DNA from: an uncultured Chloroflexia bacterium
GTDB taxonomy: Bacteria; Chloroflexota; Limnocylindria; Limnocylindrales; CSP1-4
Assembly: GCA_963766735.1 (NCBI GenBank)
Contig: CAVYBU010000030.1
Coordinates: 160,001-224,000, forward strand
DNA length: 64,000 nt
Reading direction: 5' to 3'
Part shown: positions 30,973 through 40,226 of the stretch, one piece after another
How the letters are laid out: each line of letters opens with the position of its first letter
Position numbering within the stretch: position 1 is the first letter of the stretch
Translations under genes and position numbers: made by a program
The notes under the pieces: generated by a model
What the model saw: the letters and a program-made list of their open reading frames with translations, nothing else
Told to the model about the DNA's origin: nothing
Database searches by the model: none

Positions 30973-31173
30973 GAATCGAACCTCCATCCCGGCCTGAGGT
31001 CATCGCGGGCTCCTGCATCCGGCCGTCGACGGGCGACGGACTCGGACGAGCCCCGTACGAGGTGCTGGCTCGGGTCTGAGCGCATCGTACGCAATCAGGT
31101 ACCCCGGTGGCAACGCACCGTCCCCGGGTAGAGTGAGCGATGACGCTCCCGCCACGCTCTCGTCGAGGTTCCG

Positions 31174-32817
31174 ATGACACAGCACCCCCGCGCCGGCCAG
31201 CCGGCGCTCCCATCCGACCTCGTGGACGTTCCCGCCCTCCTGCGGGCGTACGAGGAGATCGGGCCGGACCCCTCCGACCCGGCGCAGCGCGTCGCATTCG
31301 GCACATCCGGCCACCGCGGCTCGGCCCTGCGGGCTGCCTTCAACGAGGCCCATATCCTGGCCACGACCGAGGCGATCTGTCGCTATCGCGCCTCGAAGGG
31401 CTACACGGGCCCGCTGTTCATGGGCCGCGACACGCACGCGTTGTCGGAGCCTGCGTGGCGGACGGCGCTGGAGGTGCTTGTTGCGCGGGGCGTGGACGTG
31501 CGTGTGGACGCGGGGGACGGGTTCACGCCGACGCCCGCGATCTCGCACGCGATCCTCCAGGCCAACCGCGGCCGGACCGCCGGTCTCGCGGACGGCATCG
31601 TGGTCACGCCGTCCCACAACCCGCCGGAGGACGGGGGCTTCAAGTACAACCCCCCCAACGGCGGGCCGGCCGACACGGACGTCACCCGATGGATCCAGGA
31701 CGAGGCGAACCGCATCCTGGAAGCGAAGGGCGCCGACGGCCTCGATGGCATCCCCCGTACCCCCATCGCCCGAGCCCGGGAGCAGGCGACCGGGTACGAC
31801 TTCATGGGCACCTACGTCGCGGACCTGGACAACGTCGTCGACATGGAGGTGATCAGGGCCTCCGGCCTGCGGCTGGGCGCCGACCCGCTGGGCGGCGCGG
31901 CTGTCGCGTACTGGGGGGCGATCGGGGAGCGGTACGGCCTGGACCTGACCGTGACCAACGATGCCGTGGACCCGCAGTTCGGCTTCATGACCCTCGACTG
32001 GGACGGGAAGATCCGGATGGACCCGTCGTCGCCGTTCGCGATGGCGCGGCTCGTGGAGCTGCGGGACCGCTTCGACCTGGCGCTTGCCAACGACGCGGAC
32101 GCGGACCGCCACGGGATCGTGGTGCCGGGTGCCGGGCTCATGAACCCGAACCACGTGCTGGCGTCCGCGATCTCCTACCTGTTCGGTGGGGGGCGCGCCT
32201 GGGGCGATGACGTCGCCGTCGGCAAGACGCTCGTCTCGTCATCGATGATCGACCGCGTCGTGGCCGACCTCGGGCGCCGCCTCGTGGAGGTGCCGGTCGG
32301 GTTCAAGTGGTTCGTGGACGGGCTGGTGGACGGGTCCATCGGCTTCGGCGGCGAGGAGAGCGCCGGGGCCTCGTTCCTGCGCCGCGACGGCAGCGTCTGG
32401 ACGACCGACAAGGATGGGCTCATCGCCTGCCTGCTGGCCGCGGAGCTGACGGCGCGCCTGGGCCGGAACCCGGCGGAGGTCTACGCCGGGCTGACAGCCC
32501 GCTTCGGAGCGCCCGCCTATCGGCGGATCGACGCGCCGGCGACGCCCGAGGTGAAGGCGGCCCTCGGCCGGCTGTCGCCCGCCGCCGTGACCGCGACCAC
32601 GCTGGCCGGCGATCCCATCACTGCCCGCCTCACCCGGGCGCCCGGCAACGACGCACCCATCGGTGGGCTCAAGGTGGTGAGCACCGAGGGCTGGTTCGCC
32701 GCCCGCCCGTCCGGGACCGAGAACGTGACCAAGCTGTACGCGGAGAGCTTCCGCGGCGCGGAGCACCTGGGCCTGATCCTGGACGAGGCGCGCGCGATGG
32801 TCGACGCCGCGGTCTGA
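31174..32817 (+). CDS. pgm: Phosphoglucomutase (alpha-D-glucose-1,6-bisphosphate-dependent)
   Basis: [41 protein letters not shown]. Confidence 0.96.
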   Translation: MTQHPRAGQPALPSDLVDVPALLRAYEEIGPDPSDPAQRVAFGTSGHRGSALRAAFNEAHILATTEAICRYRASKGYTGPLFMGRDTHALSEPAWRTALEVLVARGVDVRVDAGDGFTPTPAISHAILQANRGRTAGLADGIVVTPSHNPPEDGGFKYNPPNGGPADTDVTRWIQDEANRILEAKGADGLDGIPRTPIARAREQATGYDFMGTYVADLDNVVDMEVIRASGLRLGADPLGGAAVAYWGAIGERYGLDLTVTNDAVDPQFGFMTLDWDGKIRMDPSSPFAMARLVELRDRFDLALANDADADRHGIVVPGAGLMNPNHVLASAISYLFGGGRAWGDDVAVGKTLVSSSMIDRVVADLGRRLVEVPVGFKWFVDGLVDGSIGFGGEESAGASFLRRDGSVWTTDKDGLIACLLAAELTARLGRNPAEVYAGLTARFGAPAYRRIDAPATPEVKAALGRLSPAAVTATTLAGDPITARLTRAPGNDAPIGGLKVVSTEGWFAARPSGTENVTKLYAESFRGAEHLGLILDEARAMVDAAV

Positions 32818-32943
32818 CGGCCCGGCCGTTACCCCAATCGGGTGGTACCGCCCATGACCGTTTCGCCGCTCGCGCTGGCACGCCGCGTCGGCGAGGATGG
32901 GGGTCGGTCCGTCCCGTGCTCGGGCGGCCTTCGAGGAGATCGC

Positions 32944-33477
32944 GTGCCGGCATCAACCACAACCCTCGTCTGCCTCCAGTGCGGCACCGCCGCCAGCCGC
33001 GCCGGGGCGCAGATCTGCCGCCGCTGCGGCCTGCGCTTCGGCGATGCCCCGCCGGAGTTCGCCCGCCTCGCGACGTGCCCGGTCTGCTACCGCACGACCG
33101 ATGCGGACGGCCGCCTCCCGTCGCTGGGCCAGCCGGGCCGCCGCCTCGACATCAGCGCCCACATGGACGAGCACGACCGCTTCCCCGTGGGTGACGACAC
33201 CTGGCTCGAGACCCTGCGCGAGCACGACAGGATTCGCATCGGACGCTGGACCGCACCCTACGATCTTGTGCGCCGGTACCTTGTCACGGGGGCGGTGGAC
33301 GCCGGGCGCAACCGACTGGCGCAGCACAACGCGATCGTGACTGCGATGACCCAGATACAGCGATGGGGCCGCGATCCGGAGATCCTGGGTGACCAGGAGG
33401 CGTGGCGGCTCGCGCGCGATGCGGTCGCACAGCTGATGGATCGCTATCACCGGCCGCGCGTGGGGCTCGCAGGCTAG
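32944..33477 (+). CDS. Hypothetical multi-zinc-finger protein
   Basis: GAGGAG RBS then GTG at 32944; CLQC, CRRC, CPVC...HMDEH. Confidence 0.7.
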   Translation: MPASTTTLVCLQCGTAASRAGAQICRRCGLRFGDAPPEFARLATCPVCYRTTDADGRLPSLGQPGRRLDISAHMDEHDRFPVGDDTWLETLREHDRIRIGRWTAPYDLVRRYLVTGAVDAGRNRLAQHNAIVTAMTQIQRWGRDPEILGDQEAWRLARDAVAQLMDRYHRPRVGLAG

Positions 33478-33540
33478 GGGCTCGCAGGCCAGGGGCTCGC
33501 AGGGTCGAGCGCGGCCAGGGGCTCGCAGGGTCGAGCGCGC
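33462..33540 (+). repeat. Short tandem repeats at a gene 3' end
   Basis: GGGGCTCGCAGG at 33462, 33477, 33492 and 33518; the last two extend with GTCGAGCGCG. Confidence 0.85.
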
Positions 33541-33652
33541 CGCCGATCGCGATTGCCGGGTAGGATCGAGCGAGTCGACGACCGCCACGCGGCCGGTCGA
33601 CCTTCTGCCCGCGCCGTGACAGCGCCGGGCCGCATCGATACGGAGCCAGATC

Positions 33653-34138
33653 GTGATGATCCATCCCACCACCTCGTCCGCGACCGCCGGTGTTCGCCGG
33701 GCCGGCCTCCTCGCCGGCCTCCTCGCGGTCCTTGCCCTCGCAGCCGCCGCATGCGGATCAGGCGGAGCCGTCGCAACCACCGCACCCGTGGCTTCGGCTC
33801 CCGTTGCCGGCGCCCCGGCCGCCCTCGCCGCGGAGGTGAGCGTCGACGAGGCGTCCCAACTGCGCGACGCCGGTGCCTTCATGCTGGACGTCCGTGAGCC
33901 CGACGAGTGGGCCGCCGGCCACATCGAGGGCGCGACGCTCATCCCGTTGGGCGAGCTTGCCAACCGTGTCGCCGAGGTGCCGGCCGACCGCCAGGTCGTG
34001 GTGGTCTGCCGCTCGGGCAACCGTTCTGCGCAGGGCCGCGACATCCTGCTCGGCGCGGGACTGCCCTCGGTCACCAGCATGGCCGGCGGCATGAACGACT
34101 GGTCGGGATCGGGCAAGCCGGTGGTCACCGGCCAGTAG
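33653..34138 (+). CDS. Rhodanese-like lipoprotein
   Basis: Lipobox LAAAAC; LDVREPDEWAAGHIEGA; active-site CRSGNRS; MAGGMNDW. Confidence 0.9.
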   Translation: MMIHPTTSSATAGVRRAGLLAGLLAVLALAAAACGSGGAVATTAPVASAPVAGAPAALAAEVSVDEASQLRDAGAFMLDVREPDEWAAGHIEGATLIPLGELANRVAEVPADRQVVVVCRSGNRSAQGRDILLGAGLPSVTSMAGGMNDWSGSGKPVVTGQ

Positions 34139-34235
34139 CGCAGCCGGGCCAGCCGGGCACAGCCGAGCCGGCACGCCCGGGCCGGCAGCGCGCGGTCGAG
34201 GCCGCCTCCCGGCCCCGAGGCCCGCCCCAGCTCGG

Positions 34236-35234
34236 TCAGGCCTCCGCCGTCCCGGTCTCCTGGACCGTCGTCGGGGCTCCATGCACGGCTGGGATCTGAC
34301 CCAGGCGCCCGGCCTGGTAGTCCTCGAAGGCCTGCATGACCTCCTCGCGCGTGTTCATCACGAACGGGCCCGCCCACGCGACCGGCTCCCGGATGGGGCG
34401 GCCGCCCAGGACCAGGATGTCCAGGTTGGGGGAGCGGCTTTCCTGGACGGGGTCCGCGGTGAAGGTGAGCGTGTTGCCGGGCCCGAAGACCGCGAGCTGG
34501 CCGAGGCGCGCCGGCCGGCCCTCGGCGCCGACCGAGCCGGCTCCCGCCAGCACGTAGGCCAGGGCGTTGTAGTCGCCACGCCACGGCAGCTGCACGGTGG
34601 CGCCCGGGGCGAGGGTCATGTGGACGAGCGTCATCGGCGTGTAGGTGGACCCCGGACCCGCGTGCCCCGCGACCTCTCCCGCGATGACGCGAACGAGCGC
34701 CCCGCCGTCGTGTGAGGAGAGCAGCGACACCTCGCCGGCCCGGATGTCCTGGTAGCGCGGAGCGGCGAGCTTCTGGGCCCGCGGCAGGTTCACCCACAGC
34801 TGGAAGCCGTGAAACAGGCCGCCCTGGGCGACCAGCCACTCCGGCGGCTTCTCGATGTGCAGGATCCCGGCACCGGCCGTCATCCACTGGGTGTCGCCGT
34901 TGGTGATGACGCCGCCACCGCCGTTCGAGTCCGCGTGCTCGAACACGCCGTCGAGGATGTAGGTCACCGTCTCGAACCCGCGATGCGGGTGCCACGGCGT
35001 GCCCTTGGCCTCGCCGGGTGCGTACTCGACCTCGCCCATCTGGTCCAGGTGGATGAACGGGTCCAGGTCCTCCAGCAGGGCGCCGGCGAAGGCGCGGCGG
35101 ACGGGGAACCCCTCCCCCTCGTAGCCGAGTGGGGCGGTGGTCAGCGTGCGGACCTGCCGCTGGCGGGCGGTCATCGGGTCCGGGACGGGGAGGCGGGGGA
35201 GGATCGTGATGTCGTCGACGGTGATTGCCGGCAT
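34236..35234 (-). CDS. Pirin family protein
   Basis: DPFIHLD, WHPHRGFETVTY, WMTAGAGILHIE, QLWVNLP, GPFVMNT. Confidence 0.95.
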   Translation of the reverse strand: MPAITVDDITILPRLPVPDPMTARQRQVRTLTTAPLGYEGEGFPVRRAFAGALLEDLDPFIHLDQMGEVEYAPGEAKGTPWHPHRGFETVTYILDGVFEHADSNGGGGVITNGDTQWMTAGAGILHIEKPPEWLVAQGGLFHGFQLWVNLPRAQKLAAPRYQDIRAGEVSLLSSHDGGALVRVIAGEVAGHAGPGSTYTPMTLVHMTLAPGATVQLPWRGDYNALAYVLAGAGSVGAEGRPARLGQLAVFGPGNTLTFTADPVQESRSPNLDILVLGGRPIREPVAWAGPFVMNTREEVMQAFEDYQAGRLGQIPAVHGAPTTVQETGTAEA

Positions 35235-35272
35235 GGGACGTCCGCTCGTTCTGCCGATCCCGGGGCGGGATC

Positions 35273-35313
35273 GTTGCACGTGCAACTATCTCATGCCCCG
35301 GCGCGCCTGTCAA
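35273..35313 (-). promoter_or_regulatory. Pirin promoter with palindromic operator
   Basis: Minus strand TTGACA (35308-35313), 17-bp spacer, GATAGT (35285-35290). Perfect palindrome GTTGCACGTGCAAC (35273-35286) overlaps the -10/start region. Confidence 0.65.
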
Positions 35314-35335
35314 CCGGCGTCGACGCCGGTTGACA
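35308..35335. repeat. Perfect 28-bp palindrome
   Basis: TGTCAACCGGCGTC|GACGCCGGTTGACA. Confidence 0.9.
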
Positions 35336-35996
35336 ACCCCGGCGAGCGTGAGCGCTGCGACGGCATGCGAAGGATGGCGAACTGGTAGGGCCAGTCGTTG
35401 CCCGGGATGTCCCACGTTTCGAAACGCTCGATTGCGCCGTGCCGCTCGAGGATCTCGCGGAGGACCGGATGACTGCGGCGGCTGAAGAAGCGCTTCGGCT
35501 CGATCGTGTCGTCCTCGTTGATCGCCTCCTCGTCCGGGCCGCCCCAGAGGCCGATCGCGAGCGGCGCTCCGAGCACGAGGACACGCGCTATCTCGTCGAG
35601 GGCGGCGTCGATGCGGTTGTTGGGGACGTGCAGCAGGGTGCTCATCGTCCAGCCGGCCGCGAACGCACCGTCCTCGAACGGGAGCTCGAAGACGGAGGCG
35701 AGGCGGGTGTCGATGCCGCGCTCGCGGCAGATGCGGACGTGCTCGGGCGAGAGATCGATGCCGGCGACGGTGAGGCCGGCGGCCAGAAACGCCGCGGCGT
35801 CGTGGCCGGCGCCGGCGCCGACCTCGACGAGCGTGGTGCGGCCCTCGGAGCGCAGCTGGGCGAGAAAGTCGTCGCGCGCGGTCTCGCGCCACGACCCACC
35901 GCTGCCGCGCTCAAGGCGGCGCGGAGCCTGCTGGTCGTAGAAGGCGGCGAGATCGGATTCGAGGCGATGTCGGTCGGGCAGCAAGGCGCCTTCCAT
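35310..35996 (-). CDS. Class I SAM-dependent methyltransferase
   Basis: LVEVGAGAG, GIDLS, LPFEDGAF, STLLHVP, EIARVL; start ATG 35996 or TTG 35984. Confidence 0.88.
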   Translation of the reverse strand: MEGALLPDRHRLESDLAAFYDQQAPRRLERGSGGSWRETARDDFLAQLRSEGRTTLVEVGAGAGHDAAAFLAAGLTVAGIDLSPEHVRICRERGIDTRLASVFELPFEDGAFAAGWTMSTLLHVPNNRIDAALDEIARVLVLGAPLAIGLWGGPDEEAINEDDTIEPKRFFSRRSHPVLREILERHGAIERFETWDIPGNDWPYQFAILRMPSQRSRSPGLSTGVDAG

Positions 35997-36061
35997 CGGC
36001 GGCGTGATCGGCGTACGCGACTTCGTGGGATGGTAGCGGCTGGGTCGAGCGCGGTGCGATT

Positions 36062-39000
36062 GTGAGGTCGGGACTCGACGGGCGTGGCCGTGCCGGAGGG
36101 TGGACCCCAGGGGTGGCGCGCGGACCCCACGTCCCCGCCCCGGCACCGTACCCTTGGCAGTCGAGCGCCCGCGATCTCGCCGACCTGGAGCCCGCCATCA
36201 CCGCCGTTCACGACCCCGACCTCGCCGATGCCGTCGCGCGCCTTGTCCCGCGCCTGCGACGGTCGCTGCGCGGCGACGTGCACACCGACGCGGTGACCCG
36301 CGCGCTGTATGCCTCGGACGCCTCGAACTACCGGGTGCTGCCGGCCGCGACAGCCGTCCCCCTCGACGCGGACGACCTGGCGACGGTCGTCACGCTCGCG
36401 GCGGAGGCGTCGGTTCCGCTGACGATGCGGGGGGCGGCGACGAGCATCGCCGGGAACGCCATCGGCCCAGGGCTCGTCGTGAACCTGACCCGCCACCTGG
36501 CCGGGATCCTGGAGCTGGACCCGGACGGTGCGACGGCGACGGTCCTGCCGGGGACGGTCCTCGATGACGTCAACCGGGCTGCGGCCGTGCACGGCCTGCG
36601 GGTCGGACCGGATCCCTCCACGCACAGCCGCTGCACGGTCGGCGGGATGCTGGGCAACAACGCCTGCGGGCCCCGCTCGGTCCGCTGGGGGACGATGGCG
36701 GATGCCACCCTGGGTCTCGAGGTCATCACCGTCGATGGCGTACGCCGCCGGGTTGGCGACCTGCGCGGCCCGGCCGCGCTCGCCGGCGCGCCGCTCGACG
36801 CGGCGCTGGAAGAGCGCATCGCGGCGCTCCTCGCCCGCCACGGCGACGACATCCGGAGGGACCTGCCCCCGTGGCCGAGGCGAGTGTCCGGGTACGCGCT
36901 CGACTGGCTGCTCCCCGAGCGCGGCGGCGACGTCGCCCGGGCGCTGGTGGGCAGCGAGGGGACGTGCGCCGTCGTGTCGGCGGCCACGATCCGTCTCGTG
37001 CGGCCGCCGGCGGTGCGGGGCCTCCTGGTGCTCGCCTTCGCTGACGACATCGCCGCCGCCGCCGCGGTCCCGTCGCTGCTGCCCGAGGCGCCGTTCACGG
37101 TCGAGAGCCTCACGGCGGACCTGCTCGCGGGCTGGCGCGATCCGGGGCTGCTGCCGCCCGGCGGGGCATGGCTGCTCGTGGAGGCGGGCGGCGACGATGC
37201 TGCCGCCATGCGGGACCACGCCGCACGCCTGGCGCGCGCGATCGGCACGGTGCCCGGGGCGCCCGACGCGGCTCTCCTCGAGGACGCCGGCGCCCAGTCG
37301 GTCCTGTGGCGGGTCCGCGAGGACGGCGCCGGTCGCGCCGCCCGTCTGCCGGATGGCTCTCCGGCATGGCCGGGGTTCGAGGACGGCGTCGTCCCTCCCC
37401 AGCGCCTCGCCGCCTACCTGGGCGAGCTGCGGGATCTCCTCCGCGCCCACGACCTGCGCGGTGTCACCTACGGCCATTTCGGCGAGGGCTGCATCCACCT
37501 CCGCGTGGGGTTTGGCCTGGATCGGCCCGGCGGCGAAGCGCGCCTTCGCGAGTTCATGGAGGCGGCCGCGGACCTGGTCGTGGCGCACGGCGGTTCGCTG
37601 TCAGGAGAGCACGGCGACGGCCGCGCACGCAGCGAGTTGCTGGGCCGGATGTTCGGGCCGGATCTCCTGGCCGCCTTCCGCGCCTGGAAGACCGCGTGGG
37701 ACCCGGCCAACGTGCTGAACCCCGGCATCCTGGTTGACCCGTTGCCACTGGACCAGGACCTGCGCCGGCCGCGCCCGACGCTGATCCCGCTCGACCCGGT
37801 CTTCGCCTACGAGGCGGACGGCGGCGACCTCCGGGCGGCCGTCGAGCGCTGCATCGGCGTGGGGACGTGCATCTCGCGACAGGGCACCGCCGCGATGTGC
37901 CCCAGCTACCGCGCCACAGGCAAGGAGCGTCACTCCACGCGCGGCCGGGCTCGCCTCCTCCAGGAGATGGTCGCCGGTTCGCTGGCGGTCGATGGCTGGC
38001 GCTCGGAGGCGGTCCGCGACGCCCTGGACCTGTGCCTGTCGTGCCGGGCCTGCGCCACCGACTGCCCCACGGGCGTGGACATGGCGACGTACAAGAGCGA
38101 GTTCCTCGACCACCACTACCGTGGTCGGCTCCGGCCCCGGTCCCACTACTCGCTGGGCTGGCTGCCAACCTGGCTGCGGCTCGTGCACCGCATTCCGGGG
38201 GCCCCGCGGCTGGTCAACGCACTGATGGGGTTTCCGGTCACGCGCCGGGCGTTCGCGCTGGTCGGCGGCATCGCGCGCGAGCGCCGCATCCCGCGCCTCG
38301 CGCCGCGGACGTTCGTGCAGACGTTCGGCCGCTCAACCGGTCGCTCATCGGGCCGCTCAACCGGCCGCCCGAGCCCGACCGGGGAGACGTTCAGCCGCCC
38401 GGGCCCGACGGCGCCCACCGGCGGCCGGGTCGTCCTGTGGCCGGACACGTTCACCAACCACCTCTCCCCGGAGGTGGGGCACGCGGCCGCGCGGGTCCTG
38501 GCCGCGGCGGGGTTCGACGTGCTGGTCCCCGAGAGCCCCGTCTGCTGCGGTCTGACCTGGATCACGACTGGGCAGCTGGACCGCGCACGGGCGGTTCTGC
38601 GGCGGGCCCTGGACGTCCCTGCGCTCGCCGGCGACGATCCGATCGTCGTCCTCGAGCCGTCCTGCGCCGCGACCCTGCGGCATGACCTGGCCGAGCTGCT
38701 CCCCGACGATCCGCGCGCGGCCTCGGTAGCCCGTCGCGTCGCGACGCTGGCGGAGATCCTGGACGGCGCCAGCTGGATTCCGCCCGGCGGCGAGCCGAGC
38801 GCGGCGCTCGTCCAGCCCCACTGCCACCAGCGGGCCGTCCTGGGCACGGAGGCCGACGTGCGCGTCATGGCCCGGGCCGGAATCGAGCCGACCACGGTGC
38901 TGTCCGGCTGCTGCGGTCTCGCCGGCAACTTCGGAGCGGCAGCCGGTCACGAGCGGATCTCACGCGGGGTCGCGGAGCTCGAGCTGCTGCCGGCGCTGCG

Positions 39001-39133
39001 GGCGACCCCCGAGGACACGGTCGTTCTCGCGGACGGGTTCAGCTGTCGGGCCCAGGTCGCATTCCTTGACGGGCGCCGCGCGCGTCACCTGGCCGAGGTC
39101 CTGGCGGACCGGCTCGACCGGGGCCGCGAATAG
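36062..39133 (+). CDS. FAD-binding + 4Fe-4S + CCG-domain oxidoreductase (D-lactate/glycolate dehydrogenase-like)
   Basis: YASDASNY, GPDPST, GSEGT, GHFGEGCIH, SGEHGDG, CIGVGTC, CLSCRACATDCP, CCG motifs; start uncertain. Confidence 0.92.
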   Translation: MRSGLDGRGRAGGWTPGVARGPHVPAPAPYPWQSSARDLADLEPAITAVHDPDLADAVARLVPRLRRSLRGDVHTDAVTRALYASDASNYRVLPAATAVPLDADDLATVVTLAAEASVPLTMRGAATSIAGNAIGPGLVVNLTRHLAGILELDPDGATATVLPGTVLDDVNRAAAVHGLRVGPDPSTHSRCTVGGMLGNNACGPRSVRWGTMADATLGLEVITVDGVRRRVGDLRGPAALAGAPLDAALEERIAALLARHGDDIRRDLPPWPRRVSGYALDWLLPERGGDVARALVGSEGTCAVVSAATIRLVRPPAVRGLLVLAFADDIAAAAAVPSLLPEAPFTVESLTADLLAGWRDPGLLPPGGAWLLVEAGGDDAAAMRDHAARLARAIGTVPGAPDAALLEDAGAQSVLWRVREDGAGRAARLPDGSPAWPGFEDGVVPPQRLAAYLGELRDLLRAHDLRGVTYGHFGEGCIHLRVGFGLDRPGGEARLREFMEAAADLVVAHGGSLSGEHGDGRARSELLGRMFGPDLLAAFRAWKTAWDPANVLNPGILVDPLPLDQDLRRPRPTLIPLDPVFAYEADGGDLRAAVERCIGVGTCISRQGTAAMCPSYRATGKERHSTRGRARLLQEMVAGSLAVDGWRSEAVRDALDLCLSCRACATDCPTGVDMATYKSEFLDHHYRGRLRPRSHYSLGWLPTWLRLVHRIPGAPRLVNALMGFPVTRRAFALVGGIARERRIPRLAPRTFVQTFGRSTGRSSGRSTGRPSPTGETFSRPGPTAPTGGRVVLWPDTFTNHLSPEVGHAAARVLAAAGFDVLVPESPVCCGLTWITTGQLDRARAVLRRALDVPALAGDDPIVVLEPSCAATLRHDLAELLPDDPRAASVARRVATLAEILDGASWIPPGGEPSAALVQPHCHQRAVLGTEADVRVMARAGIEPTTVLSGCCGLAGNFGAAAGHERISRGVAELELLPALRATPEDTVVLADGFSCRAQVAFLDGRRARHLAEVLADRLDRGRE

Positions 39134-39257
39134 CGGCGGGCAGCGCCGGTTCGCGTGAGTGCTCACACGGTGGAGTAGCATCACCTGGCGATCCCCCCGT
39201 CCGCCACGTGTTGCCAGCCTCGACCAGCCGGAGCGCCGTGCCCCTGGAGGTGACCCC

Positions 39258-40214
39258 GTGACTTCGCCTGGACTGCCTGCCCCCGGAGTCGATGGCCAGC
39301 CTCCGTTTGCCGAGGCGGACGGCTTCGAGCGCGCCGTCATCGATCATCTCTACGACGGCGTCTACTACGTCGATCGTGCGCGCCGGATCCGCTACTGGAA
39401 CGACGGGGCTGAGCGCCTGTCCGGCTACGAGGCCGACGCGGTCATCGGGCGCTTCTGCTACGAGAACCTGCTCAACCACGTGGATGACGCGGGCATCCAG
39501 CTGTGTCGCACCGGGTGTCCACTTGCGGCGACCATGAGCGACGGCGAGCCGCGCGAGGCCGCGGTGTTCCTGCGCCATCGTGGCGGCCATCGCGTCCGGG
39601 TCCGCGTCCGCACTGCGCCCGTCCGTGACCGGGCGGGACAGGTGATCGGGGCCATCGAGATCTTCAACGAGTTGACGGATTTGTCCGCGGCGCGGGAGGA
39701 GGTCTCCGAGTTGCGGGACATCGCGATGCGGGATCCGCTCACGGACCTCCCGAACCGGCGCCACTTCGACATGTCGATCTCGTCCAGGATCGCCGAGCTC
39801 GCAGGCTACGGACGCCGGTTCGGCCTGCTGATCGCGGACATCGACCGGTTCAAGCTGGTCAACGATCAACACGGGCACGCCGCCGGAGACCTGGCCCTCC
39901 GCACGGTTGCAAAGACCCTCCTTGGAGCCTCTCGCGCTACTGATGACATCGCCCGCATCGGCGGTGAGGAGTTCGCCATCACGATCACGGACGGAAGCGA
40001 GGAGGCACTCAAGACCACGGCTGAGCGGTTCCGGATGCTCGTGGAGCGGTCCCTCGTTCGCGTGGACGAGCGGGACCTCCCGGTGACGATCTCGATCGGT
40101 GGCACCATCGCGGTGATCGGCGACAGCGCGAAATCGGTCTTCGAGCGCGCCGACGCGGCAATGTATCGGGCGAAGCGCGGCGGTCGAAACCGGGTGGAGC
40201 TGGACCTCGCCTGA
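39258..40214 (+). CDS. PAS + GGDEF diguanylate cyclase
   Basis: PAS (YWNDGAERLSGY), DPLTDLPNRR, DIDRFKLVND, GGEEF, AD-AMYRAK; GGAGG RBS before GTG at 39258. Confidence 0.92.
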   Translation: MTSPGLPAPGVDGQPPFAEADGFERAVIDHLYDGVYYVDRARRIRYWNDGAERLSGYEADAVIGRFCYENLLNHVDDAGIQLCRTGCPLAATMSDGEPREAAVFLRHRGGHRVRVRVRTAPVRDRAGQVIGAIEIFNELTDLSAAREEVSELRDIAMRDPLTDLPNRRHFDMSISSRIAELAGYGRRFGLLIADIDRFKLVNDQHGHAAGDLALRTVAKTLLGASRATDDIARIGGEEFAITITDGSEEALKTTAERFRMLVERSLVRVDERDLPVTISIGGTIAVIGDSAKSVFERADAAMYRAKRGGRNRVELDLA

Positions 40215-40226
40215 CCAGCGGAGGCC

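Noticed and set aside
19345-33540. CRISPR array at the repeat clusters (19345-19460, 33462-33540)
   Set aside because: Too few and too short units, no unique 30-40 bp spacers, no cas genes.
38327-38372. 12-nt repeats (GRST-GRSS-GRST) in the FAD/Fe-S oxidoreductase, and linker repeats in E2 and the SBP
   Set aside because: In-frame low-complexity interdomain linkers; ordinary.
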